Assembly: GCF_963921235.1 (NCBI RefSeq)
Contig: NC_086115.1
Location: forward strand, 23,932,001 to 23,996,000
Direction of reading: 5' to 3'
Origin: Mobula hypostoma
Lineage: Eukaryota
DNA length: 64,000 nucleotides
In this document: piece after piece, positions 25,573-38,329 of the stretch
Position numbering within the stretch: position 1 is the stretch's first letter
Layout of the letters: each line of letters opens with the position of its first letter
Notes under the pieces: generated by a model
What the model saw: the letters and a program-made list of their open reading frames with translations, nothing else
What the model was told of the DNA's origin: nothing
The model's database searches: none
Program-made: the position numbers and the translations under genes

Positions 25573-26855
25573 CAGTGGTGCTAGAAAGTTTGTGAACCCT
25601 GGAGAATTTTCTCTATTTCTGCATAAATATGACCTAAAACGTGATCAGATCTTCATGTAAGTCCTAAAACTAGATAGAGAGAACCCAATTAAATACTACA
25701 ATTAAAATTATACCTGTTGATTGTATTTGTTTGGAAAAAGTTTGTCAGCCTCTGGGGTAATGCCTTCTACAAAAGCTATTTGGAGTCAGGTGTTCCAATC
25801 AATGAGATGACATTGGAGGTATGAGTTGAAAAGACACACAAAGTCAGGTTACTGACAGAGCCTGCTCGTCTTAAGAAAGATCTGTTTATGTGCACCATGC
25901 CTCGATCAAAATAACTTTCAGAGAACCTTAGAAGAAGAATTGTAGAGATGCATGAAGTTGAAAAAGGCTACAAAAGCATTTCTAAAGACGCAAGTGTTCA
26001 TCAGTCCACAGTAAGAGACATTGTTTACAAATGGAGGAAACAGTAGTGTTGCTGCTCTCACTAGGAGCGGGCATCCTGCAAAGATCACACCAAGAACACA
26101 ACATACAATGTTGAAGGAGGTGAGAACAAACCCAAGAGACCTGCAGAAATCTCTAGAACTTGGTAAAGTTTCTGTTCACGTGTCCACCATAAGAAAAGCA
26201 CTGAACAGGAACGGTGTTCGTGGAGGAAACAACTTTTCTCCAAAAAAACTTTGCTGAACATAAAAGTTGGCCAAAGACCATCTGAATATTCTACAATGCT
26301 TCTGGGACAATGTTCTGTGGACAGATGGCAGAAATGCACACCACTATGTTTGGAGGAAAAAGGGCACTGCACACCAACACCAAAATCTCATCCCAGCTGT
26401 GAAGCATGGTGGAAGGACCGTCATGGTTTGGGGCTGCTTTGCTGCCTGAAGGCCTAGCCAGTTTGCCGTTGCTGAGGGAACAATGTATCAAGCATGAGTT
26501 CAAAATTGTATCAAGACATTTTACAGGAGAATATCAGAGTAGCAGTTTGTCATCTGAAGCTTAATAGAAGTTGAATAATGCAACAGGACAATGACCCAAA
26601 AGACAAGAGTAAATCAACAACAGAATGGTTTAAAAAGAAGAAAATTTGTGTTTTGGAAAAGCTGAGTCAAAGTCCTGACTTTAATCCTGTAGAAATGTCA
26701 TGGAAGGACCTGCAGCAAGCAGTTCATGCAAAGAAACCCACCAAAATCCCAGAGTTGAAGCAATTTTGTAAGAAGGAATGGCCTAAAATTCCTCCTAGCC
26801 AATATGCAGAAATAGAGAAAAGTCTACAGGGTTGACAAACTTTTTAGCACCACAC
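25573..26855 (+). mobile_element. Tc1-family DNA transposon (DD34E), decayed
   Basis: TA + cagtggtgctagaaagtttgtgaaccct left TIR; ~53-bp inverted match at 26803-26855; inner direct repeat at ~25728-25753. Confidence 0.93.
25897..26805 (+). pseudogene. Tc1 transposase pseudogene
   Basis: MPRSK*LSENLRRRIV..GYKSIS; NVLWTD; KHGGRTVMVWGCF; QQDNDPK-(34 aa from D to E)-SPDFNPVE; stops and frameshifts. Confidence 0.92.
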
Positions 26856-27754
26856 GATTTGCAGCTTTTCCACTTCTGACCTTATAGTTGAAGGGAAATC
26901 ATTGATGAAATAATTGATGGTGGTTCTGCCTAGGATACGTTCCTGACAAACTCTTGACGTGATGCTCTGCCTTTTGTATAAAATATCACTCTCACCATCA
27001 AAGTAGTTCATTTCTGCTGACTTTAGTTTCACCAGGGCTCAGATTCAAATACATTATTTAATACCACAGTTGGTCAAATGCAACTTTAACATCAAGGGAA
27101 GTCACTCTTGCCTCACCTCTGGAGCCTTGCTCTGAGTCCTTGTTTGGACCAAGTCTCGGACGAGGGTTGGAAGCAAGCAGTCCTCGCAAACCTCAAACTG
27201 GGCAACTGCGAGCTTGGTTGCTGCTGAGCCTGTGTTACAGCAATGTGAACAACAACTTCTGTCACTTTGCTGGTAATTGAGAGTATGCAGATTGGATCGT
27301 AATGAGCCAGAATGGATTTGTCTCACAGTTCATTTCCAGAGCGATGTTTCACAGTGCCACTTAGTTGCCAGTGTCGTGACTTCACTGGCGTTGCATGGCT
27401 TGACAAGCCATAAGTTTGAAGAAAGCCTTCTGCACTCCAGCCAGCAGGATAGCTGCTAATATAGTCTTTGCTGTGTACAGACAAACATACAACTTAAGAG
27501 CAGAGATAGATATTCATTTTCCCAGTCTGTTTCACCACTCATTCAGACCGAGGTTAATCTGATTTACATTCCACATTCATGTCTACCTATGATCCTCACA
27601 CACATTAGAATTTTTTTTCTCTGTCTTAAAAATCCTTATAATCTCTTTTTCAGTTATTCCATGAGGAAGAGAGTTCCTATTTTATTGAATTTTTTTGCTT
27701 TCAAACGGGTGCCTGCAAGAAAATGAATCTCAAGTTTGTATACAACAGGTGGAA

Positions 27755-28612
27755 CTAAAGATGGTGCCAGTCGCCAACTTCTCTCAGCTCATTGGCGAAA
27801 CTGTTAAATTCTTCCTATTCTAATGTCGCTATTTTCCATTCAGGTTTGCTGGGTCCTATCAGGATCGTTGATCGACAGCAGCACTGAGAGCCTGCGGTTC
27901 TGCACGATGGCGTGTAGCTATTCTTGGAGTTTGCTGATCGGCCGCGTCTCGGTATGTCCAGGTTCAGACTGGCCGGGCACCTTCGAGGACTTGTGTGGCC
28001 GTGTGGACATGAATTCCCACTGGTGGCGCGTACTGAAGCGTAGCGGGAGCCAGAGCGTCGAAGACAGCAAGGGTGGCTGTCGGAGGACTCTGCACTTGGT
28101 AGCCGATTTGCCCATTCTCGAGTCGGGGAACTCAAAATAAAAAAGTAGCGCTTCCAACTGACTGTAACGTCGAAATAGCGACTGTTGTCTCCCATGTCAC
28201 TGTGGAAGGAGCAATATCTGCCTCTCCCTTGTCAATGAGAGAGCCTGCGGGATATCGAAATGTTGGAGTGAACAGATTTTGATGGACTGCAGATCATGGC
28301 CTCTCTTTGGGGGCTTTGCTGTTGTTGGCATGGTGGGTGGTGGGAATGCTGATGCTTTATGCTTGAAATAATTTGGGGGAGGGGAGTGGGGATGGGGAGG
28401 GCTGATGCTGCTTGTGTATGGGGGTGCAGAGGGATTTGGGGCTCTAATGTTTTTCTGTCATTCATTGTTTGGGGGATTGATTGTGTTTCAAGGATGTCTG
28501 TGGAGAGTAAGAGTTTCAGGTTGTATACAATGTCTGATATGAAATGGAACCATTGAGCCTCTGAACTATATGATATACATACCTTAATAATAAATTTAAT
28601 TTGAACTTTGAA
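27755..28612 (+). mobile_element. Non-autonomous Rex1-tailed repeat (aagatggcg-type head)
   Basis: Head aagatggtgcc, G/T-rich body and tail ctgatatgaaatggaacc..gaa, shared with 56113-56926. Confidence 0.6.
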
Positions 28613-29774
28613 ATGATTTCCTCTTATTTTTAAACAAAGAGCCTTTGTTCTAGGTTCTCCCAGATCTCTCCATATCACCCTGACAAGACCCCTCAAATTC
28701 TTAAACGCTTCAAGCAAGTCCCCTCTCCGGCAGAGACAAGACCAACCTGCCCGAACTTTCCTCATGAAACAAACCAGGTATGAGCCTTCTCTGGAACTAG
28801 TTCAAGTTTGGAACCCGCTGCTAATCCTTAATGTTGTATGGAGTTAATCCGTGATATATCGGGTCTGAGTTATCCACTCAACACTTCTGGATGAAGATGG
28901 TAGCAACAGCTTAAGCCTTTTCTTTGGCACTCTCAAGCCAATCTTCAGTACCTTCTGGCGCGGGGCTGCTCTTTGAGTTTCGATGCCATGTTAGCTCCTT
29001 AGAGAACCCTCTGTTCTTGACTGGATGTGGCAGAACTTCAGAGCTCATAGAATTTCTTAGATCTGTCAATTACATGTCACCTTTGCTGATTAGCACACCC
29101 ACAGTCTTGATCAAGTTGGCAGCACGTTTTCATGTAGGCCAATTGAAGCCTCTCCACCTCTGCATTGCAACAGCTTTGATCTTCTGGCCTGATAGTTATG
29201 ATTAACAGACTACACGGGAATATAATTCCATCATTGTTGATGGCCCACACGTCATCATGGGTTCTGAGTTGCCACATCCATTCTTAATGTGTCCCAGGGG
29301 ACCAGACAACATGCTGAAATGTGTGAAGACTGGACTATTTCCATAAGAACTGTGCCATGGTCAATACTGTCTGCATTGTTATAGACAGATGCCTTTGCAG
29401 CATTCAGACGATGAATATATGATTAACGAGGTTTATTCCTCATATTCATTGACATTCCACGGGGCAACAATGTCCATCAGGATATGGCCAGGTGTGTCCT
29501 TCAAAACCTGACCAAGTATGGTGCTAATCTTAATGATGGTCACCTAAATCCCCCACCCAGATACACATACTATATCCCTGCCATTAGGAAGCATTGTTTT
29601 TACTGGTTGATTTGTGGAAGAATGATAGGATGTAATCGACTTGCTTGACCTGATGCCATGAGATTTCATTGGGTCTGTAGATATCTTACCCATGGGGTAG
29701 GAGATGGCCAGCGATTTTGGTGAAGGAGTTGTATGAGCCAGTGTGTATCCAATCACTATTCTGGCCACACACGT

Positions 29775-30240
29775 TGAAGTAGATTTACAAGGATGTTGCC
29801 CGGATTGGGGAGCATGCCTTATGAGAAAAGATTGAGTGAACTCGGCCTTTTCTCCGTGGAGCGACAGAAGATGAGAGGTGACCTGATAGAGGTGTACAAG
29901 ATAATGAGAGGCATTGATCGTGTGGATAGTCAGAGGCTTTTTCCCAGGGCTGAAATGGCTAACACAAGAGGGCACAGTTTTAAGGTGCTTGGAAGCAGGT
30001 ACAGAGAGGATATCAGGGGTAAGTTTTTATGCAGAGAGTGGTGAGTGCGTGGAATGGGCTGTCGGCAACGGTGGTGGAGGCAGATACAATAGGGTCTTTT
30101 AAGAGACTCCTGGATAGGTACATGGAGCTTAGAAAAATAGAGGGCAATGGCTAACCCTAGGTAATTTCTAAAGTAAGTACATGTTTGGCACAGCATTGTG
30201 GGCAGAAGGGCCTGTATTGTGCTGTAGGTTTTCTATGTCT
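29775..30240 (+). mobile_element. Young CR1 LINE 3' end
   Basis: MLPGLGSMPYEKRLSELGLFS..MRGDLIEVYKIMRG..TRGHSFKV; same subfamily as 49440-49810, 51537-51990 and 61115-61390. Confidence 0.93.
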
Positions 30241-30261
30241 GAAAGTTTGAGACATAGAAAC

Positions 30262-30525
30262 GCCACCAAGTTGCCGGCTGGTGGCATCAGTGCCGGACTG
30301 TGGGGCGGAGGTTCCAAAGGTCAAATCCAGCCGGCTCCCCCCGGCACGCTTTCCATCCATGCGGGGTTAAGAGCTGGTGATCTCTTTGGAAAAAAAACTC
30401 ACCCAGCAGAAGGCAATGGCAAACCACTGCTGTAACCTGCCTCGTACGCGAATCCCAACTATGTCAGAACGGCGTGGGAGGAAGTCATCCGCTACCAGGA
30501 AAAATTCCGGATGCGACCTACATTA
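30262..30525 (+). mobile_element. tRNA-headed SINE with RTE/BovB-like 3' part
   Basis: A/B-box-like head (tggtggcatcagtgccgg...ggtcaaatcc) and gaaggcaatggcaaaccactgctg. Confidence 0.55.
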
Positions 30526-31034
30526 TGTCTGAAAGGTGCGATTTTTCAAAGCCTGACAACGTCAAGCGGTTACTTGACTGGCCTTTAGTACAGTTTTCTC
30601 TTCTTGGATGCCTATTGGTCAAAATTTGTGAGGAGGCCCAGTCTGCTGGACCCTATTGTGTTCAAGTCCATGAAAATTCTGGCAACAATTGTGTTTCAAT
30701 GTAGTGTCTTGTAGTTACTTGGATCAAACAGAGATCAGGTAATAATCAATCACATGCAATGGAGCAGAAATCAGTCCTGTTCACGTGATTCCTGAAGGGC
30801 AGCAGTGACTCAGATTGATTCTTACCTCAGGCAGGTAGTTTCACAGCTACCAGTGCTAAATTAATTACTAATTTGATTAGAGTCAATTGAATTTAAAATC
30901 TCCAGTTACTATGGTGTAATTCACACTTGTGATAGATTTTTCATCTAAAGATTTTGGAACACTAGTAAAACTCCAATAATCTGGTGTGTTTGGGACTTCA
31001 ATGGTGCTGGATCAGAGAAGTATAGGGGGGAGTG

Positions 31035-33364
31035 TGTGAAACAGGGTCCCATGAGTGAAGGACATGGAGGAATCAGGGTCCTGTATGTGGACTGGAGTGA
31101 GGGACCCAGGATTCTGAATGTGGACTGGAGTGAGGGAACCGGGGTTCGGTATGTGGAATGGACAGAGGGAACTGGGGTTCAGTATGTGGAATGGACTGAG
31201 GGAACTGGGGTTCGGTATGTGGAATGGACTGAGGGAACTGGGGTTCGGTATGTGGAATGGGCTGAGGGAACTGGGGTTCGGTATGTGGAATGGACTGAGG
31301 GAACTGGGGTTCGGTATGTGAAATGGACTGATGGAACTGGGGTTCTGGGAGTTGAAAGACATGTGGGACAAGAGTCCTGTAAGTGGAAAAAAGTGGAGGA
31401 AACAGGGGTCTGTGAGTGGAAAAAAGTGGGGGAACCAGGGACTTGTGTGGGGAAACAAGTGGGGAACCAAGGGCCTGCGAGCAGAGGGAGCTGGGGAACC
31501 AGGGGCCTGTGAGTGGAAGGAAGTAGGGGAACTAGGGGCCTATGTGTGCAATCAAGTGTTGGAACAAGGGGCTTGTGCGTAGAAACAAGTGGGGGAACCA
31601 GGGGCCTGTGAGTGGAAGGAAGTAGGGGAACTAGGGGCCTATGTGTGCAAACAAGTGTTGGAACAGGGGGCTTGTGCGTAGAAACAAGTGGGGGAACCAG
31701 CGGCCTGTGAGTGGAAGGAAGTGTACAAATCCAGGGGTCAGTGAGTGGAAACAAGTGGGGAACCGGGGCCTGTGTATGGAAACAAGTGGGGAACCAGGGG
31801 CCTGTGTGTGGAAGGTAGTGGGGTATCAGGGACCTGAGTAGAAAAATGTGGGGTAAAAAGAGGCCTGTGAGTGAAAGGAAGTGTGGGATATAGGGGCCTG
31901 TGTGTGGAAACAGGTGGGAAACCAGGGGCCTGTGAGTGGAAAGAACTGGGGAACCCAGGGACCTGTTTGGAAACAAGTGGGGGAATCAGAGACCTTTGTC
32001 TGGAAGGAAGTGGGGGAACCTGGGGCTTGTGTTTGGAAACAAGTGAGGAAACAGGACCCTGTGAGTGGAAACATGTGGGGAACCAGGGGCCTGTGAGTGG
32101 AAACAAGTCAGGGAACGAGGAGCCTGTGAGTGGAAGGAAGTGGGAAAACGGGGGCAGTGTGTGGAAGGAAGAGAGGGAACCATGGGCCTGTATCTGGAAG
32201 GAACTGGGGTAACCAGGGGCCTGTGACTGGAAGAGAATGGAGGAACCGGGAGCCGGTAAGTGGAGACAAGTCAGGGAACCGGGAGCCTGTGAGTGGAAAC
32301 AAGTGGGTATACCAAGGGCCTGTATGGCGCAACAAGTAGGGAATCAGGGGCCTGTGTATGGAAGGAAGTGGGGAACCAGGGGCCTGTGAGTGAAACAAGT
32401 GCGTAAACCAGGTGCCTGGGTGTGGAAACAAGAACGGAACCAGGGACCTGTGAGTGGAAACAAGTAGGGAACCAGGGGCCTTTGTGGGGAAATGTGTGGA
32501 ACCAGAGACCTGTGAATGGAATGAAGTGGGGGACCCAGGGCCTGTGAGTAGAAACAAATGGGGAACTAGGGGCCTGTGAAGTGTAAGGAAGTGTGGGAAC
32601 CTGGGGCCTGTGTTTGAAAACAACTGGGGGAATACAAATGGCCTGTGATTGGAAACAAGTAGAGAACAAGAGGTCTGTGAATGTCAAAAAGAGTGGGAAC
32701 CAGGGGTTGTAAGTGGAAACAAGTCGGGGAACCGCAGCCTGTGTGGTGGAACAAGTGGCTAAACCAGGGGCCTGTGTGTGGAAACAAATGGGGAATCAGG
32801 GGCCTGTGAGTGGCAAAAAGAGTGGGAATGAGAGGAATATGAATGGAAACAAGTGGAGAACCAGGGGCCTGTGATTGGAAACAAGTGGGGGAACCAGGGG
32901 CCTGTGAGTGGAAACAAGTTGGGGAACTAGGGGCCTGTGATTGGAAACAAGTACAGAACTAGGGGCCTGTGTATGGAAGAAACTGTGGAACGAGAGACCT
33001 GTGAGTGGAAACAAGGGGGGAGCCAGAGGCCTGTGTGTGGATACCTGGGTCCTGTGTGTAGAAACAAGTGAAGAAACCAGGGGCCTGTGATTGCAAACAA
33101 GTGGGGGAACCAGGGGCCTGTGAGTGGAAGGAAATGGGGAACCTGTGGCCTGTGAGTGGAAACAAGTGGGGAACCTGGGGCCAGTGAGTAGAAACAAGTG
33201 GGGAACCTAGGGCCGGTGAGTGGAAACGTGGGGAACCTGGGGCCTGTGAGTGGAATCAAGTGGGGAACCAGGGGCCTGTGACGTGGGGAACCTGGGGCCT
33301 GTGAGTGGAAACAAGTGGGGAACCTGTGGCCTGTGAGTGGAAACAAGTGGGAAACCTGGGGCCT
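31035..33364. repeat. G/A-rich 33-bp minisatellite, ~2.3 kb, two sequence types
   Basis: Type A tatgtggaatggactgagggaactggggttcgg (~31083-31345); type B gtggaaacaagtgggggaaccaggggcctgtga (~31350-33364). Confidence 0.97.
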
Positions 33365-34182
33365 CGAAGTCCGGTGCTGATGCTACTGCACCACTGGCTG
33401 GCTTGTGTGGGGTGAGTCATGTTTAAAGTGATTATGGTTATTTCTGCAGTTTGCAGGTATCTGCACATCTGAGTGGGCAGATTCAAAACTGAGTGCAGGC
33501 TTCCTAGAGTCTATCTAACATTTACAGAGTACACCGTCAGGCAGAGCAACTTTCAGAACCTGAGTTCATTCAATGGCTGTCTTCCACTGATCACATTACA
33601 CATACAGTACACAAACTCTTTAGACCCCTCTGCTCAAGGGAAGCGAAGAGTCCTCCCATTTTGCTCTATCTGGGCCAACTCGGAATTTTACACATCCCTG
33701 TTGGGCTGTTCTTGATCCCATCTGTTCCACCCTTTTGTCATAACTGATTCTTGGAAACCTTCTCTACAGCCGTGCCTCCATGCCTCCACATTCACAGCTT
33801 TCCTGTCTGCAGGTACATGAAGTAAGTGCAGTACTCAAGTGTGGCCTAGATACTGCGGCCTGGTGCTCCAGAGTAACTACCCAGCCGCCATCTTCAATGC
33901 CACAGTTGATTTTTTAAAAAGCATCTAGCTTGTCCTTTTCATCACCATCATGACTTATCTTAGTCCCTTTAAGATCTATAGACATAGACTTCCTGGTCTG
34001 CTCTCTGGGCTGGCCCTCATCTCCCCATATCAATGTTGACAATACTGAGGGAGTGCACCACTGTTTGTACAAAACATTTGAACAAAGAACCTTCTGTCCA
34101 TTGAACTGGGTGTAAGGGGATAGAAGACTTCTTGAGTTTTTGGCAAGATTTAAAACTCAGCAAAAGCAAATGATCTTGAGAT

Positions 34183-34725
34183 ACGCTCATATACATTCCT
34201 GTATCTAATAAAGTGGCCACTGAGTGTATGTTCACGGTCTTCTGCTGCTGTAGCCCTTCCACTTCAAGGTTCAATGTGTTGTGCATTCAGAGATACCCAT
34301 CTCCACACCACAGTTGTAATGTGTCGTTATTTGAGTTACTGTCACCTTCTTGTCAGCTTGAACCAGTCCGACCATTCTCCTCTGACCTCTCTCATCGACA
34401 AACCATTTTCACCCACAGAACTGCCGCTCACTGGATGATTTTTGTTTTTTGCACCATTCTGTGTAAACTCCAGAGACTGTTGTGCATGAAAGTCCCAGGA
34501 GATCAGCAGTTTCTGAGATACTCAAATCACCCTGTCTGTCACCAACAATCATTCCACGGTCAAGTCACTTAGATCACATTTCTTCCCCATTCTGATGTTT
34601 GGTCTGAACAGCAACTGAACCCCTTGACCATGTCTGCATGCTTTTATGCATTGAGTTGCTGCCCCATGCTTGTACGATTGTTTGCATTAATGAGCAAGCA
34701 TACCTGATAAAGTGGCCACTGAGTG
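34183..34725. mobile_element. Tc1-derived non-autonomous element
   Basis: Terminal motif ataaagtggccactgagtg|TA at the right end and repeated at ~34208-34227; left TIR mostly lost. Confidence 0.75.
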
Positions 34726-36104
34726 TAAATTTCACAAATATTCATGAGATTTTGCAAAAATTAGACACTTAGTTTCTCCACTATTGCACTGACTACACCT
34801 CATGACGACTGTGTTGTAGGTGAAGAATACTGAAGTTGTGTAAGATGCCATACACATCCCATGACTCCATATCTTATTCAAAAAGAAAATGCGTATGGTT
34901 AACAACAAGTGAAGCTCATGGAATATGTGTGGTACTCTGAAGAAGATATAGGAAAGCAATATTGCCTGTCACATTACTTGTCACAGTACATATTAACTGT
35001 AAACACATTACACCATATGGGTTATAATACAGCTATAATTCCCAGGAATCCTTGATGGGTAATTATTCAGGATTGTATTCAGTCAATATACTAAACCTTG
35101 ATTCTTCTGTCAAATTATCCAGATCGCTTGTAGTAAAGATTATTTGTTGTGTTATCCTTGTACAATTTCATTTGTGTAATGTTTGAAGAAGGCTTCATTT
35201 TGTTAGCAATTATTTGAAGGTAACATTGCAAAATGTCCTTCCCATTATTCATCTTCATGCCATCACTATTCATAATCTATATTTAATTGGCAAGAGTGTA
35301 TCTAAAATAATTATGTTAAATCATGGACGAGGCTCCTTGAAGCAAGGTGAACAAAAAAGTATCCAAATTGAGTTATGGTGCCTCGGTCAAGTTGGAGTTC
35401 ATATCTGTAATTACTTCTGAGGGTCGTTATCCAGAAAAACTGCAGCAGGTAATAACGAATACACCTCCAGCCTATCGCACATGAACATCGAAATTAAACA
35501 ATAAATGTAAAACCCTCCCATCATACTTTACAGAATTTCCAAAACAACAAGTCACCATGTCATAACCAGATTTTCAAATATATGGTAAAGAATAATTATT
35601 TTTCTTCTATTTAATTGAATATTTTAATGTTACTTGCTGTTTAATTTTAAAATAATCTAAACCATTCATAGATAAATGAGACATGCATTTGCTCATGGTA
35701 CCCTGTGAAATGAGTCAAGAATATTCATCTGGTGTATCAATTTCAGAAATAGATCATGTGCTGGGTCATCAATAACAACACTGGTGAGTAAGACAGTGCA
35801 ATTCATTAGCTGGACAAGTGTGTTGGATTCTTCCAGGTGCTTTTTCCAAAGGAAGCTGATAGCCAATGCCTTTTGAAAAGTGTAGGACACATAAAGTTGG
35901 CCATTTCTGGTGAAATATGAATTTGGTAGGTTAACCTTTAAGTTTTTCCCCATACAGACTTCAAAGTATCTGTAACAAACCTACAGGGTTAGATAGTTGG
36001 ACTCCTCCCCAACACTCACTCCAGAGTGAGCAAAGAGGAGAGGCATCTACTGGCAGTTTTCATCAGCTACATTTGCAGCTCTCCACGACAGAATTCAAAC
36101 AAGA

Positions 36105-36240
36105 GGAAATGTGCAGATGCTGGAACACACACACGCAAGCAACACACACAAAATGCTGGAGGAACTCAGCAGGCCAGGCAGCATCTACAGAAAAGAGTAA
36201 ACAGTCAATGTTTTGGACCGAGACCCTTCATCAGGAATTC
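36105..36240 (-). mobile_element. Penelope-type tail with hammerhead-like core
   Basis: Reverse strand cctgatgaagggtctcggtccaaaacattgactgt...ctgctgagttcctccagcattttgtgtgtg. Confidence 0.75.
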
Positions 36241-36331
36241 AAATCTTTTTGCAAAACCTGCCTAGAGTAACACAAGAGATTCAGAGTAAATGTTTTATTC
36301 TCAATTCTGAGAAGTATCATGAAAGAGTTTT

Positions 36332-36540
36332 ACACACAAAATGCTGGAGGAACTCAGCAGGCCAGGCAGCAACTGTGGAAAAGAGTAGAGCTGATGTTTC
36401 AGGCTGAGACCCTTGGGCAGGTCCTGCTGAAGGGTCTCTGCCCGAAACATCAACTGTACTGTTTTCCATAGATGCTGCCTGGCCTGCTGAGTTCCTCCAG
36501 CATTTTGTGTGTGCTGCTTGGATTTCCAGCGTCTGCAGGT
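36332..36540. repeat. Inverted pair of Penelope-type tails
   Basis: acacacaaaatgctggaggaactcagcaggccaggcagca exactly mirrored by tgctgcctggcctgctgagttcctccagcattttgtgtgt; centre at ~36420. Confidence 0.9.
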
Positions 36541-36564
36541 TTTCTCATGTTCGTGTTTCTTGGA

Positions 36565-37005
36565 CCCCCACAACCCAGGACATGCTCTCTTCTCGCTGCT
36601 ACCATCAGGAATAAGGTACAAGAGCCTCAGGACTCACATGACCAGTTCAGGAACAGTTACTACCCCTCATTCATCAGACTCTTGAACCAAAGGGGATAAC
36701 TTCACTCAACTTCATTTGCCCATCATTGAATGTTCCCACAACCAAAGGACTCACTTTCAAGGACTCTTCATCTCATGTTCTCAATATTTATTTCTTATTT
36801 ATTTATTACTTTTATTTATTTCTTTTTGTATTTGCACAGTTTGCTGTCTGTTGCACACTGGTTGAGTGCCCAGGATGGAGCAGTCTTTCATTGATTCTGG
36901 TTATGGTTATTATTCTATGGAGTATGCCCACAAGAAAATGAATCTCAGAGTTGTGTATGCTGACATATATATACTTTGATAATAAATTTACCTTGCACTT
37001 TGAGC
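36565..37005 (+). mobile_element. Rex1/Babar 3' end
   Basis: FRNSYYPS..RLLN motif and tail gataataaatttaccttgcactttga. Confidence 0.8.
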
Positions 37006-38329
37006 TTTCAATCATCACATTGCTCACTGCCAAACATAAAGTCCTGTGCCAAACTGTCATGCTTCACAGAACCATCCAGCAACAGTAAAAATCAACCTGA
37101 AATGTCCCCTGTTCATTTCCCACCATGGATGCTGCCTGACCTGCTGAGTTCCATTGGCATTTTATAGTGAGTGGCCAGAATGAATACCATGACCTCTGTT
37201 CTCAGGTAAAGGCTTTAGGCCAAGGAAGATTGGAGAATGTGATAGGTGTCTTGTTGTAATGAAATTAGAGAAGAGCAGAGACAGCTACCAGAATTCCAGA
37301 GTCGTTCACTGGTTGAAGTCTGCTTCAACAACACTGGTTAAACAAGGGTAATGGTGGTGGTGGGTGGTGGCGGGGGGGGGGGGAAGGAGCAAAAGTCCAA
37401 CTTTCTAACAGCTAATAGAATCAAGTTTCAGGTTCCAGATTCAGATTCGAATTTATTGACCACATGTACATTGAAACATACAGGGAAACGTGTCGTTTGC
37501 ATTAACAACCAGCACACCCGAGGGTCCGTGAGGGGCAGCCTGCAAGCGTCGCCACACGTTCCAGCATTGACATAGCATGCCCGCAATCCAAAGCAACACA
37601 GAATGCAACAAAGAACAAGTGCTGTGTCACCCGCTGACTGCAGGCCATGAAGCCAGTCCGCTTCAAAGTGTCCTGATCAAAATCGCACAAAAGTAGCAAT
37701 TTAAAAAAGTGTAACCAGAAACATACATCACGTGAACTGCAGGGGCCTCTAAAATTAAGTCCGATCCTTAAGCTGCACTGATCAAACCTTGCACAGCCTC
37801 AGAACAGAGATGAGGAGGAATTCCTTTTGCCAGAGGGTGGGGAATTTGTGGAATTCATTGCCATGGACGGCTGAAGAGGCCAAGTCATTGGGTGTATTTA
37901 AAGTGGAGGTTGATCATTTTTTGCATTCAGGGTTTCAAAGGTTACGGAGAGAATGGGTCCACCATGATGGAATGGCGGAGCAGACTCAATGGGCCAGGCG
38001 GGCTCATTCGGCTCCAATGTCCTATGGTCTCTGACCTCTTGAAAATCTCTTGCTGAGATGGAGGCGTTTTTGCGTGTCTGGCATGTGATCGGCAGGGCTG
38101 CTCATGAGAACTGGCTGATGGGATGTTGGTCCGTTACAAACCTCTGAAGTTGGCTTGTTTATTCTGCTGATGGACTTGGAGGATTTGCATCTTCAGCACA
38201 TTAATGTGCCTAGTGTTGCGATGGTTTTGGATTTGTTATCCCTGAAGTTCTGATCCCAGATTTGCTCTTTATCTTCTGCCTGTATGCAGGTAGGAGAGGA
38301 CAGCCAAAAAACCAGATTTACCCAAATTC

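Noticed and set aside
31035-33364. CRISPR-like array
   Set aside because: Head-to-tail units with no unique spacers, a vertebrate context and no cas genes.
31012-33486. Many overlapping long ORFs (up to 265 aa; STHRPLVP / YVEWTEGTGVR repeats) as a repetitive protein gene
   Set aside because: They follow from a 33-bp (multiple of 3) stop-poor unit; they are open in several frames on both strands and broken by 32-bp units.
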